A stretch of 64,000 bases of DNA, taken from IMG/VR virus record IMGVR_UViG_3300042889_001272, positions 171,562-235,561 of that record; one strand, written 5' to 3'. The position numbers and the translations under genes were made by a program. Shown piece by piece: positions 28,867-36,237 of this stretch. The notes below the pieces were generated by a model. It had not been told where the DNA came from. It saw only the letters and a list, made by a program, of their open reading frames with translations, and searched no databases. The number at the start of each line of letters is the position of its first letter. The first letter of the stretch is position 1.

Positions 28867-29404
28867 ATCCTGTCGCTATAAGTTTATCGTTATAGCCCAG
28901 ATACTCTGCCCACGCAGGATCCCGCATTTGATAAGGGTTATATTGTTTGACAACTTTGACCATTTGCCAGTAGTTTGGCTCTTTAGGCTTAGTCTTTGGC
29001 TCGATGGCTTTAGCACCTTTAAGCCAATTACAAGTACCACAGCAAGTGACTAAGTTACTCCATGAACTATCTCCACCTTTACTTTTTGGCTTGACATGAT
29101 CCAGGGTTAAATCTTTAGCTTGAAACTGATCTCCGCAATACTGACAAGTATAGTTGTCACGCAAATAAACCATTTTTCGATTAAACAATACTTTATGTTT
29201 TGGTCTCACATAACGTCTAGTCATAATGATACTTGGCACAGGAATTGCCAGTTTTTGACTGTGAACTACCCAATCGTCGTACTCTTTGACCACACTAACT
29301 TTGTTTAGAAAAACAAGTTTAATAGCCATAGTCCAATCCACAACGCTGGGAGGTAACATAGATAGCGGAGTGCCGTCGCTGTTTAGTAATAGTGTATCAC
29401 TCAT
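28865..29404 (-). CDS. HNH endonuclease (McrA-like, Zn-finger type)
   Basis: RDNYTCQYCG, LTLDHVKPKSKGG, NLVTCCGTCNWLKG. Confidence 0.9.
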   Translation of the reverse strand: MSDTLLLNSDGTPLSMLPPSVVDWTMAIKLVFLNKVSVVKEYDDWVVHSQKLAIPVPSIIMTRRYVRPKHKVLFNRKMVYLRDNYTCQYCGDQFQAKDLTLDHVKPKSKGGDSSWSNLVTCCGTCNWLKGAKAIEPKTKPKEPNYWQMVKVVKQYNPYQMRDPAWAEYLGYNDKLIATG

Positions 29405-29409
29405 ATTTT

Positions 29410-29417
29410 TATTTAAT
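29410..29417 (-). promoter_or_regulatory. Late promoter-like ATTAAATA, 5 nt before ATG
   Basis: TAAATA-AAAAT-ATG; no Shine-Dalgarno. Confidence 0.55.
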
Positions 29418-29499
29418 CTTATAAATCGGTAAGCCGTAAAAATAATTATACAGCATTAAATATGTATTGTCAACTATGACAGTTTTTAAGGAGATTGAA

Positions 29500-29709
29500 A
29501 TGGACATCGACTCACTGGAACATCACATCAGAACTGTGGACAATCGTCACACCCAAGTAGCAAGACAAATCGAACAAATCACAGCCCAAAAATCTTGGGA
29601 CGAATATCAAGTAGAAACACTTAAAAAAGAAAAACTCAAACTCAAAGACGAGCTAGCCATGTTTTACCGGAGACGGCATGAGCTTATGCAAGAACATCAC
29701 TACGAATAA
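29500..29709 (+). CDS. DUF465/YdcH-like small coiled-coil protein
   Basis: RH..++ ..I .. LKKEKLKLKDEL signature; AAGGAG RBS at 29488. Confidence 0.7.
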   Translation: MDIDSLEHHIRTVDNRHTQVARQIEQITAQKSWDEYQVETLKKEKLKLKDELAMFYRRRHELMQEHHYE

Positions 29710-29738
29710 TTGACACAAATTCGATAATATTGTATAAT
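29710..29738 (+). promoter_or_regulatory. Consensus sigma70 promoter
   Basis: TTGACA-17-TATAAT. Confidence 0.85.
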
Positions 29739-29768
29739 ACTTGCTTGTACCACACAAGCGAGTATTAT

Positions 29769-30059
29769 ATGAATGTAGCAAACTACAAACAAAAATATGC
29801 AAAAACAGGCTCAAGCAAATTAATTTTTCTTAAAAAAGACAAAATTAATAGCACACATAAATGGGTAGAGTATGCTTTGGATATTGTAGATATGTCTTCT
29901 ATGTTAATGCAAACAAATAATTTAAAAGACAAATATGCATTAATGGATGCATTAGATACTGCACAACGTAAAAAAGATTGGCATTATCGCCAGGAAAACT
30001 TTCGTTTGCAAGATGCCATGCGTATTTTTGAAGCCGCTAGAGACGTAGCCAAAAAGTAA
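29769..30059 (+). CDS. Hypothetical early protein
   Basis: 96-aa ORF directly behind sigma70 promoter. Confidence 0.7.
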   Translation: MNVANYKQKYAKTGSSKLIFLKKDKINSTHKWVEYALDIVDMSSMLMQTNNLKDKYALMDALDTAQRKKDWHYRQENFRLQDAMRIFEAARDVAKK

Positions 30060-30088
30060 TTGACACAAATTCACTTTTGTGTTATAAT
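30060..30088 (+). promoter_or_regulatory. Consensus sigma70 promoter with extended -10
   Basis: TTGACA-17-TATAAT preceded by TGT. Confidence 0.85.
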
Positions 30089-30115
30089 ATACACTTGTTC
30101 AACAAAGGAGTTACT

Positions 30116-30382
30116 ATGCCTACTTTAACTAATGCACAAAGCGCACAAATTAATAACACAGAAGTATACACTTTAGATTATGAAGCAGAAGCCCTACAAA
30201 GTTACGATGATACAGGCGATGATCTTATGGACGAGCTCGAAGTACGTGCAACTAATGTTATTTTGGAACAAACAAACTGGGACGCCCGAGAAGATTTGGG
30301 AGGTATCACAGTTTACTTCAAAGATAACACTTTAGTTGCATTCTACGATTACGAGCAGTTTAAAGGTACTGTTTTTAATTAA
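30116..30382 (+). CDS. Hypothetical acidic early protein
   Basis: AAGGAG RBS; 88 aa, very Asp/Glu-rich. Confidence 0.75.
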   Translation: MPTLTNAQSAQINNTEVYTLDYEAEALQSYDDTGDDLMDELEVRATNVILEQTNWDAREDLGGITVYFKDNTLVAFYDYEQFKGTVFN

Positions 30383-30411
30383 TTGACATCTAGTCTCTAT
30401 GCTGTTATAAT
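30383..30411 (+). promoter_or_regulatory. Consensus sigma70 promoter with extended -10
   Basis: TTGACA-17-TATAAT preceded by TGT. Confidence 0.85.
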
Positions 30412-30441
30412 ATAGCATAGAGATTTTTTTTTGGAGACCAA

Positions 30442-31758
30442 ATGTCCGATCCTTGCTATTATGTTATCAGCAGTTTAGAAGATCATAATCTTCGCACTAA
30501 CAAAGAACAAATCATCCTTGCTCAAGCAGAAGCAGGCAACAATGAATTTTTTCATGGCTGTCGTCTTGCACTAGACAGCACAATTACATTTGGCATTAAA
30601 CAAGTTCCAGAACGTAGCGGACCTGACGGTCCTGGTGTTGACTGGGAATCATTTACACTTGTCCTTACAGGATTTGTTAATAGAAGTCTGACAGGTAATC
30701 TTGCTCGTGACACTATTAACCAATTAATGTCTAACTGTACTAATGCACAATGGAACGATTGGTATCGTCGTATCCTTATCAAAGATCTACGCTGTGGTCT
30801 CAGCGAAAAAACAATTAACAAAGTAGTGGAGAAGAAATATGCTGATTATGCTATTCCTGTTTTTGGTTGTCAGCTTGCTCACGATAGTGCTAACCATGAA
30901 AGCAAAGTCACAGGGAAGAGGTTTATCGAAGTTAAACTTGATGGTGTTCGTGTTATCAGTATTATACACCCTGATGGTCGTGTCAATATGTTTAGTCGCA
31001 ATGGTAAAGAGTTTGTTAACTTTCCTCACATAGCAGAACAGTTTGCCGCTATTGCAGATACATTGTTAGAGCCTTGGGTGTTTGATGGCGAGATTATGAG
31101 CAGTAGTTTCCAGGACTTAATGAAACAGGTACATCGTAAAAGTGATGTACAAGCCGAAGATGCCGTGCTACATTTGTTTGATTGTATTCCGTTGGTACAT
31201 TTTGAAAAAGGCACATGGAATGCTACGCAAGAATTCCGCAGTAGTCATTTAACAGAGTTTATGCTTCATCATCAAGATTCATTGCCTAATATGACAATGG
31301 TAGGACAAGAACTTGTAGATTTGGACTCTGAAGCAGGACAACGCAAATACAAAGAGATTAATGCACTGGCCATCGAAGGCGGCTACGAAGGCATTATGAT
31401 CAAGGATCCCAGTGCTCCTTATGAATGCAAGCGCAGTCATGCTTGGTTAAAACTAAAGCCTTTTATTGAAGTAAGTTTGGAGGTACAAGGTGTTGAAGAA
31501 GGTACAGGACGAAATGAAGGACGACTGGGTGCGCTCATATGCAGTGGAGACGACGGAGGCAAGTTTATTCAAGTTAATTGTGGTAGCGGGTTCACTGATA
31601 ATGACCGCATTGACTATTGGACTAATCGTAATACACTTTTTGGAGCAGTGGTTGAAGTAAGAGCAGATGCTGTCACACAGAACCAAGACGGCACATATAG
31701 TCTGCGATTTCCTAGATTTCTACGATTCCGCGGATTTGAAGCAGGAGAAAAACTATGA
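30442..31758 (+). CDS. lig: ATP-dependent DNA ligase
   Basis: EVKLDGVR (KxDG), FDGEIM, LFD, YEGIMIK, KRSHAWLKLKP, SLRFPRF. Confidence 0.95.
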   Translation: MSDPCYYVISSLEDHNLRTNKEQIILAQAEAGNNEFFHGCRLALDSTITFGIKQVPERSGPDGPGVDWESFTLVLTGFVNRSLTGNLARDTINQLMSNCTNAQWNDWYRRILIKDLRCGLSEKTINKVVEKKYADYAIPVFGCQLAHDSANHESKVTGKRFIEVKLDGVRVISIIHPDGRVNMFSRNGKEFVNFPHIAEQFAAIADTLLEPWVFDGEIMSSSFQDLMKQVHRKSDVQAEDAVLHLFDCIPLVHFEKGTWNATQEFRSSHLTEFMLHHQDSLPNMTMVGQELVDLDSEAGQRKYKEINALAIEGGYEGIMIKDPSAPYECKRSHAWLKLKPFIEVSLEVQGVEEGTGRNEGRLGALICSGDDGGKFIQVNCGSGFTDNDRIDYWTNRNTLFGAVVEVRADAVTQNQDGTYSLRFPRFLRFRGFEAGEKL

Positions 31759-31952
31759 ACAAGGGTAAACTTGAAATTGATTTCGAAACCGCAGATCGAA
31801 TTGCAGTAATTGTGCTCAAGGAACAGCGCCAGTACCTCAAGAAAGAACTAAAAGATTTTAAAAAAGGCGAATACTTGCACCCTGAAGATGTTGTGAATAA
31901 TACTCGCGTAGTGCAGGCTTTAGATACTGTAATTAAACATTTTGGTGGCTAA
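31755..31952 (+). CDS. Hypothetical protein
   Basis: ATGA-coupled to ligase, GGAG RBS. Confidence 0.7.
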   Translation: MNKGKLEIDFETADRIAVIVLKEQRQYLKKELKDFKKGEYLHPEDVVNNTRVVQALDTVIKHFGG

Positions 31953-31978
31953 AGTTTTTAACCTGGAGAAAAACTATA

Positions 31979-32230
31979 ATGGGAAATCAAACTGATTACT
32001 TTGAAAAAAATGGATATATGCCAACATGGTACCTCGGAGATCGAGTGTTTGGTTATTGGAATAAAATTCCATTTATTGGAACAGTTGGCAACGACACAGT
32101 AATCAATCACACAGAAGGACCACGTATCAGTGTGCATTTGGATTTACCCATCAAGTTTGACAAACAAATACATCATGTTATAATAGTAAAACACAGGGAT
32201 ATTAAGGCCTTGCGTGAATACACAGATTAA
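31979..32230 (+). CDS. Hypothetical protein (SH3-like beta pattern)
   Basis: GGAG RBS; GDRVFG..PFIGTVG..VHLDLPI. Confidence 0.65.
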   Translation: MGNQTDYFEKNGYMPTWYLGDRVFGYWNKIPFIGTVGNDTVINHTEGPRISVHLDLPIKFDKQIHHVIIVKHRDIKALREYTD

Positions 32231-32250
32231 CGAACTGTATAAGGAAATAT

Positions 32251-32472
32251 ATGTATAAAACAATGTACAAAGAAGTTGAAGTAGATGTTGACTTGTCAGA
32301 CTTTGAAACCGATGATTTAATTGAAGAATTAGAAAGTCGTGGTGCAGGCACCGGTGAGTTTGGTGATGGCAAAGATATCCTAATGGTTATCTATGAAAAG
32401 CGTAGATTGGGTCAAGACTATCAAACAGAACTTGAACAACTGATTTGGTTAGGTCTCGGCAAGTTTGTATGA
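32251..32472 (+). CDS. Hypothetical protein
   Basis: AAGGA RBS; VDLSDFETDDLIEELESRG. Confidence 0.7.
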   Translation: MYKTMYKEVEVDVDLSDFETDDLIEELESRGAGTGEFGDGKDILMVIYEKRRLGQDYQTELEQLIWLGLGKFV

Positions 32473-32771
32473 TAGCTATTACTATAGCTATACAAAATCC
32501 CAGCTTTCGGGATTGGAAGAGTTTTAAGAATATTCGTAATTGGTCCAGTGATACTCCTTTTAAAAATAAGTTCTGGGAGTTCGAGCTAATAAAGAATGAC
32601 TGCATTGTTGAGATTGACTTTACTGTAAAAACTCGATGCGATCATGCTGGCGTCACACTACGTCTGGGATTGTTCGGCTACAGTTTTAATGCAAGTGTGT
32701 ACGATAACAGACACTGGGACTATGAAAAGAACAGATATGTGATTTATGACAATCAAGGAGAGAGATTATGA
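32469..32771 (+). CDS. Hypothetical protein
   Basis: ATGA coupling on both sides. Confidence 0.65.
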   Translation: MIAITIAIQNPSFRDWKSFKNIRNWSSDTPFKNKFWEFELIKNDCIVEIDFTVKTRCDHAGVTLRLGLFGYSFNASVYDNRHWDYEKNRYVIYDNQGERL

Positions 32772-33085
32772 AAAACTGGATACGAACAAAACTACATAAC
32801 TTTATATGGCCAGAGCAAGAAGCATCAAGAGATCCTTATGGCAGCGATATAAAAGTGAATTCTATTAGTAGTGCTAGACATCACGGTCATAGTACATTAA
32901 GCGGTGCAACAGAACCTTTGAGATTTACAATATACAATGCTTCAGGAGGCAAAATTGTCGAAATCAGTCACTACGATCAAAAAACAGATCGGAACAGTAC
33001 GAGCTTACATATTATTAACAATGACGAAGACTTTGGAGAAAGTATTGGAAAGATTGCGTTCATTGAGTTACTTAAAAAAGGATAA
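32768..33085 (+). CDS. Hypothetical protein
   Basis: AAGGAG RBS; 105 aa. Confidence 0.7.
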   Translation: MKNWIRTKLHNFIWPEQEASRDPYGSDIKVNSISSARHHGHSTLSGATEPLRFTIYNASGGKIVEISHYDQKTDRNSTSLHIINNDEDFGESIGKIAFIELLKKG

Positions 33086-33089
33086 GGTC

Positions 33090-33326
33090 ATGCTCACTGA
33101 AAAAGAAATCGGTTCAATACTTGCCGCACAGTTAATGGCTACTATCAGGAACAGAGACCAGTCTTATGTCAGCGGCGTCGGTGCTCAATACTCATATTTA
33201 GAAGCGCCTGGTAAAAAGATTATGGCAGAACTTACAGAAATGATGTTTATCAAAGCAGTAGAATGCGACAAGAAACGTAGACAAGATGATGTTGAGCAAC
33301 TTGTAATGGATAATCTTAAAAAATGA
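33090..33326 (+). CDS. Hypothetical protein
   Basis: Start moved to ATG 33090 (AAGG RBS) to remove overlap. Confidence 0.6.
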   Translation: MLTEKEIGSILAAQLMATIRNRDQSYVSGVGAQYSYLEAPGKKIMAELTEMMFIKAVECDKKRRQDDVEQLVMDNLKK

Positions 33327-33484
33327 AATGTACTACTTGTAGACAAGAGTATTCGATTCTCTGCAATTACAATCAAGGCCGATGTCCTCATCACGAACCT
33401 ATAATTAATCTTCACTCATTAAGATTTTATAACTTTTTTCAAAGTATTAAAAATGTTTACAACAAACTCAAGTCTAAAGTATAA
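33323..33484 (+). CDS. Small Cys/His-rich protein (53 aa)
   Basis: Below ORF-track cutoff; ATGA-coupled; MKCTTCRQEYSILCNYNQGRCPHH... Confidence 0.55.
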   Translation: MKCTTCRQEYSILCNYNQGRCPHHEPIINLHSLRFYNFFQSIKNVYNKLKSKV

Positions 33485-33683
33485 AACTTATAACAGAGAC
33501 GATCCTGGATTTCATTTTAGTCCGGATAATATTATGCTGGTAGCTAGAGCAGGCCTTAAAATTGATACAAATTGTCCTAGAGAATATAAGATGATCATTG
33601 TCGAATGTATCAATAATGGATGGTTGCAGCCTGTGGCTTATCAACCCGTACACGAACACTTTATGGAAGAACTAACAAAATGA
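33453..33683 (+). CDS. Hypothetical protein
   Basis: 76 aa; RAGLKIDTNCPREYKMIIVECINNGWLQPVAY. Confidence 0.6.
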   Translation: MFTTNSSLKYKTYNRDDPGFHFSPDNIMLVARAGLKIDTNCPREYKMIIVECINNGWLQPVAYQPVHEHFMEELTK

Positions 33684-34048
33684 CAAACCCTTTTAAAGAC
33701 CAAGAACGATTTATGCTTGCCTGTGATCAGACAGTAGGCGAGTTTAATCAAAAACAATATAATTTATATCGAGATCTTATTTCCGAAGAATCTACAGAGC
33801 TCAATGCCGCTGTGGTACAAGGTGATAGGGTAGAAGAACTTGATGCTCTTATTGATATTCTAGTTGTTACTATCGGTGCCATTCATAGTTTTGGTGCTGA
33901 TGGTGAAGCGGCATGGAAAGAAGTTATGAAAACAAACTTTGCTAAAATTGATTCAGATTCTGGTAAGGTTCGCAAGCGAGAAGATGGCAAAGTTCTCAAG
34001 CCTGAAGGCTGGACTGCACCAGCATTGGCGCAGTTCTTAAAAAATTAA
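33680..34048 (+). CDS. MazG-like / PRA-PH family nucleotide pyrophosphohydrolase
   Basis: LISEESTEL..VEELDALIDILVVTIG (ExxE..ExxD), TNFAK, REDGKVLKPEGW. Confidence 0.85.
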   Translation: MTNPFKDQERFMLACDQTVGEFNQKQYNLYRDLISEESTELNAAVVQGDRVEELDALIDILVVTIGAIHSFGADGEAAWKEVMKTNFAKIDSDSGKVRKREDGKVLKPEGWTAPALAQFLKN

Positions 34049-36237
34049 TAGGGCCACGGTCCTCGTTGTTTTCTAAGGACTTGTGTTATATCACCCGTTA
34101 AAGCATTTGCTTTAATAACAGAATTAGTCGAAAAACTTAAACCAGGTAAAGCAGTTCCGGTTTGTGCAAGATAGCTACTACCAAGGGCAAATGCCTGCTG
34201 TGGAGTTACTGCATTGCCAGTTTGTTTATTAAGCTGTCCTTTTCGTAGCAACTCAGTGGACTGTGTAAATCCTTGATTGATAACTTGCTCTTCTGAGGCA
34301 ATTCTGCCATAGCTATTATTTGCCATCATTGCAGACTCTTGTATTCTTCTTGGACGATCTCTTTCATCTGCGGCGATAAAGCTGGCAGCTCTATCCCACT
34401 CACCGTTCTTATACATACTAGTTAAATCAATCTTTTCGCCTTTGACATAAGCATAACTAGCATCGCCTGTTTGATTTTGATAACTTACTAAACTGTCAAA
34501 TGCATTTTGTGGAAGTTTACTCACACCTGCGCCTGCTAACATTTTTTTAACGTTTGCTTCATTCTTTGCTAAATCGGTGGCAAATAATTGATTTGCTTTG
34601 TCTGGTGTTACACCTTTAGTAAAAATTTCTGGGTCACTTGATTTTGAAGTCATCGTATCAAGTACTTTAGTACCTTGCTGTTCATTTTGTGCCTTAGCTA
34701 CACTACCGTCTGTTAATACCCCTGACAACGCATTGCGTTCTGCTTCTGCATTTTGTCTGTTCAATCTTGCAGTTTCTGCATCCGTTTGAGTCGAACCTGA
34801 TGCAGGGGTGTCTGCTACTTTACTAGCGAAGCCTGCACTCTGACCTTTACCGTCGTCGTGATTAACCGGAGAATATCCATTGTTTTCTTTTATCTTTGAC
34901 TGTGCTTGATCGCTGGTAGTTACATTATCTACATCAACTTCTACTACTTCAACATTTGCTTTTGCGATAGGCGCACCTTGCTCATTATCTTTTGGTTGGC
35001 GAGGTGTTTGACTCGGCGCAGGATCTTTTTGCATTTGTTGATTTCCAATGCCTACAGGATTTATACTACTGCTATGTCCGAACCAAGGTTCGTGTTCTGG
35101 TACTGTTGAGCATATACTTTCAGTAACCCCTTGATTGACTATCAATGAGTTTAGTACTAAAGGATCAGTTTCACTAGCAGTCGGACCGTTCATGTGTATA
35201 ACACCGGCAGTTTCATAGTGTCCTATCGAACTACTAATGTTACTAGACATCAAACTTGTTATAGTTGTATCCAGTCCTGCTCTTGTTCTTACGTTACCGA
35301 TTGCTTCTCCGTGTATGTCTGCTCCTGCTTTGATATTAACATTCATCCCAGCTTCTATGTTCACATCTTTATCAGCATAAAGATTTAAATTTTCCTGTGT
35401 ATGAATACTAATGTCTTTACTACCATAGACGTGTACTCTGCCGTCGGCACTGAGTTCCATCCAGCTTTCGCCAGCTTTACTGATGATATAAACGTGTCCA
35501 CTGGTATCATCTAATAATAGTTGAGTGCCGCTGGTAGTACGAAGTCTGATCAATTTACTATTACCGTCTTTGTCTCCGTCATCCATGACAAATTGATGTT
35601 GCCCTGGTGTTAATATTCCTAATACCTTGCTCGGTGTTTCTCTAGTCACACTGCTGGTAGTTACTCCTCGAATAGTGTCGCCTTCGAGTCCTTGTTGCTT
35701 GAGAGCATTACTCATTGGTTTGTGCTCTACATATTTTTCTAAATCAGGATCAGAGTCTTTTCTATTCTTTGGAGCAGCTGGTTTATTTTCTCCTGTTAAT
35801 GTATTTTTATAAGGAATTCCAGGAATACTAACTTGTGTGCCTCGTTGAAATAAACAGGCAAACCAAAAACCTTTATCTAACTTTCCGGCTGCAAATCCAA
35901 CTAACACCCTGGCATCTAAATCCGGAGGCACTGCCCAAAAGCCATAGCTTTTAATAGTATCATCGTATTCTTTTACATTAGTACCTTGATCGTAAATGCT
36001 AGTCGATCCGCCGAATGGACTAGCATAGCTCACACCTATCCAACTAGCTTCGACATCAGGATCACCACCGAATTCTTCGATCCATACCTGTAGTCTTCCC
36101 ATGTGTTGCGGATCATCATTTTTCTTAACAACACCGACATATATACCAGGACTACTAGCAACACCTTTATTATTAGTATTGCCAGTATAGTTTTGTGGGA
36201 CTTTTTTCTGTCCGAATGGATTCATTGGACCTGTCAT
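34045..36237 (-). CDS. gp5: Baseplate central spike, T4 gp5-like (OB fold + beta-helix + degenerate GH24 lysozyme-like domain)
   Basis: GIYVGVVKKNDDPQHMGRLQVWI, YGFWAVPPD..RVLVGF, HQFVMDDG, RLRTTSGTQLLLDD; C-term LPQNAFDSLVSY..RRIQE. Confidence 0.75.
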   Translation of the reverse strand: MTGPMNPFGQKKVPQNYTGNTNNKGVASSPGIYVGVVKKNDDPQHMGRLQVWIEEFGGDPDVEASWIGVSYASPFGGSTSIYDQGTNVKEYDDTIKSYGFWAVPPDLDARVLVGFAAGKLDKGFWFACLFQRGTQVSIPGIPYKNTLTGENKPAAPKNRKDSDPDLEKYVEHKPMSNALKQQGLEGDTIRGVTTSSVTRETPSKVLGILTPGQHQFVMDDGDKDGNSKLIRLRTTSGTQLLLDDTSGHVYIISKAGESWMELSADGRVHVYGSKDISIHTQENLNLYADKDVNIEAGMNVNIKAGADIHGEAIGNVRTRAGLDTTITSLMSSNISSSIGHYETAGVIHMNGPTASETDPLVLNSLIVNQGVTESICSTVPEHEPWFGHSSSINPVGIGNQQMQKDPAPSQTPRQPKDNEQGAPIAKANVEVVEVDVDNVTTSDQAQSKIKENNGYSPVNHDDGKGQSAGFASKVADTPASGSTQTDAETARLNRQNAEAERNALSGVLTDGSVAKAQNEQQGTKVLDTMTSKSSDPEIFTKGVTPDKANQLFATDLAKNEANVKKMLAGAGVSKLPQNAFDSLVSYQNQTGDASYAYVKGEKIDLTSMYKNGEWDRAASFIAADERDRPRRIQESAMMANNSYGRIASEEQVINQGFTQSTELLRKGQLNKQTGNAVTPQQAFALGSSYLAQTGTALPGLSFSTNSVIKANALTGDITQVLRKQRGPWPY

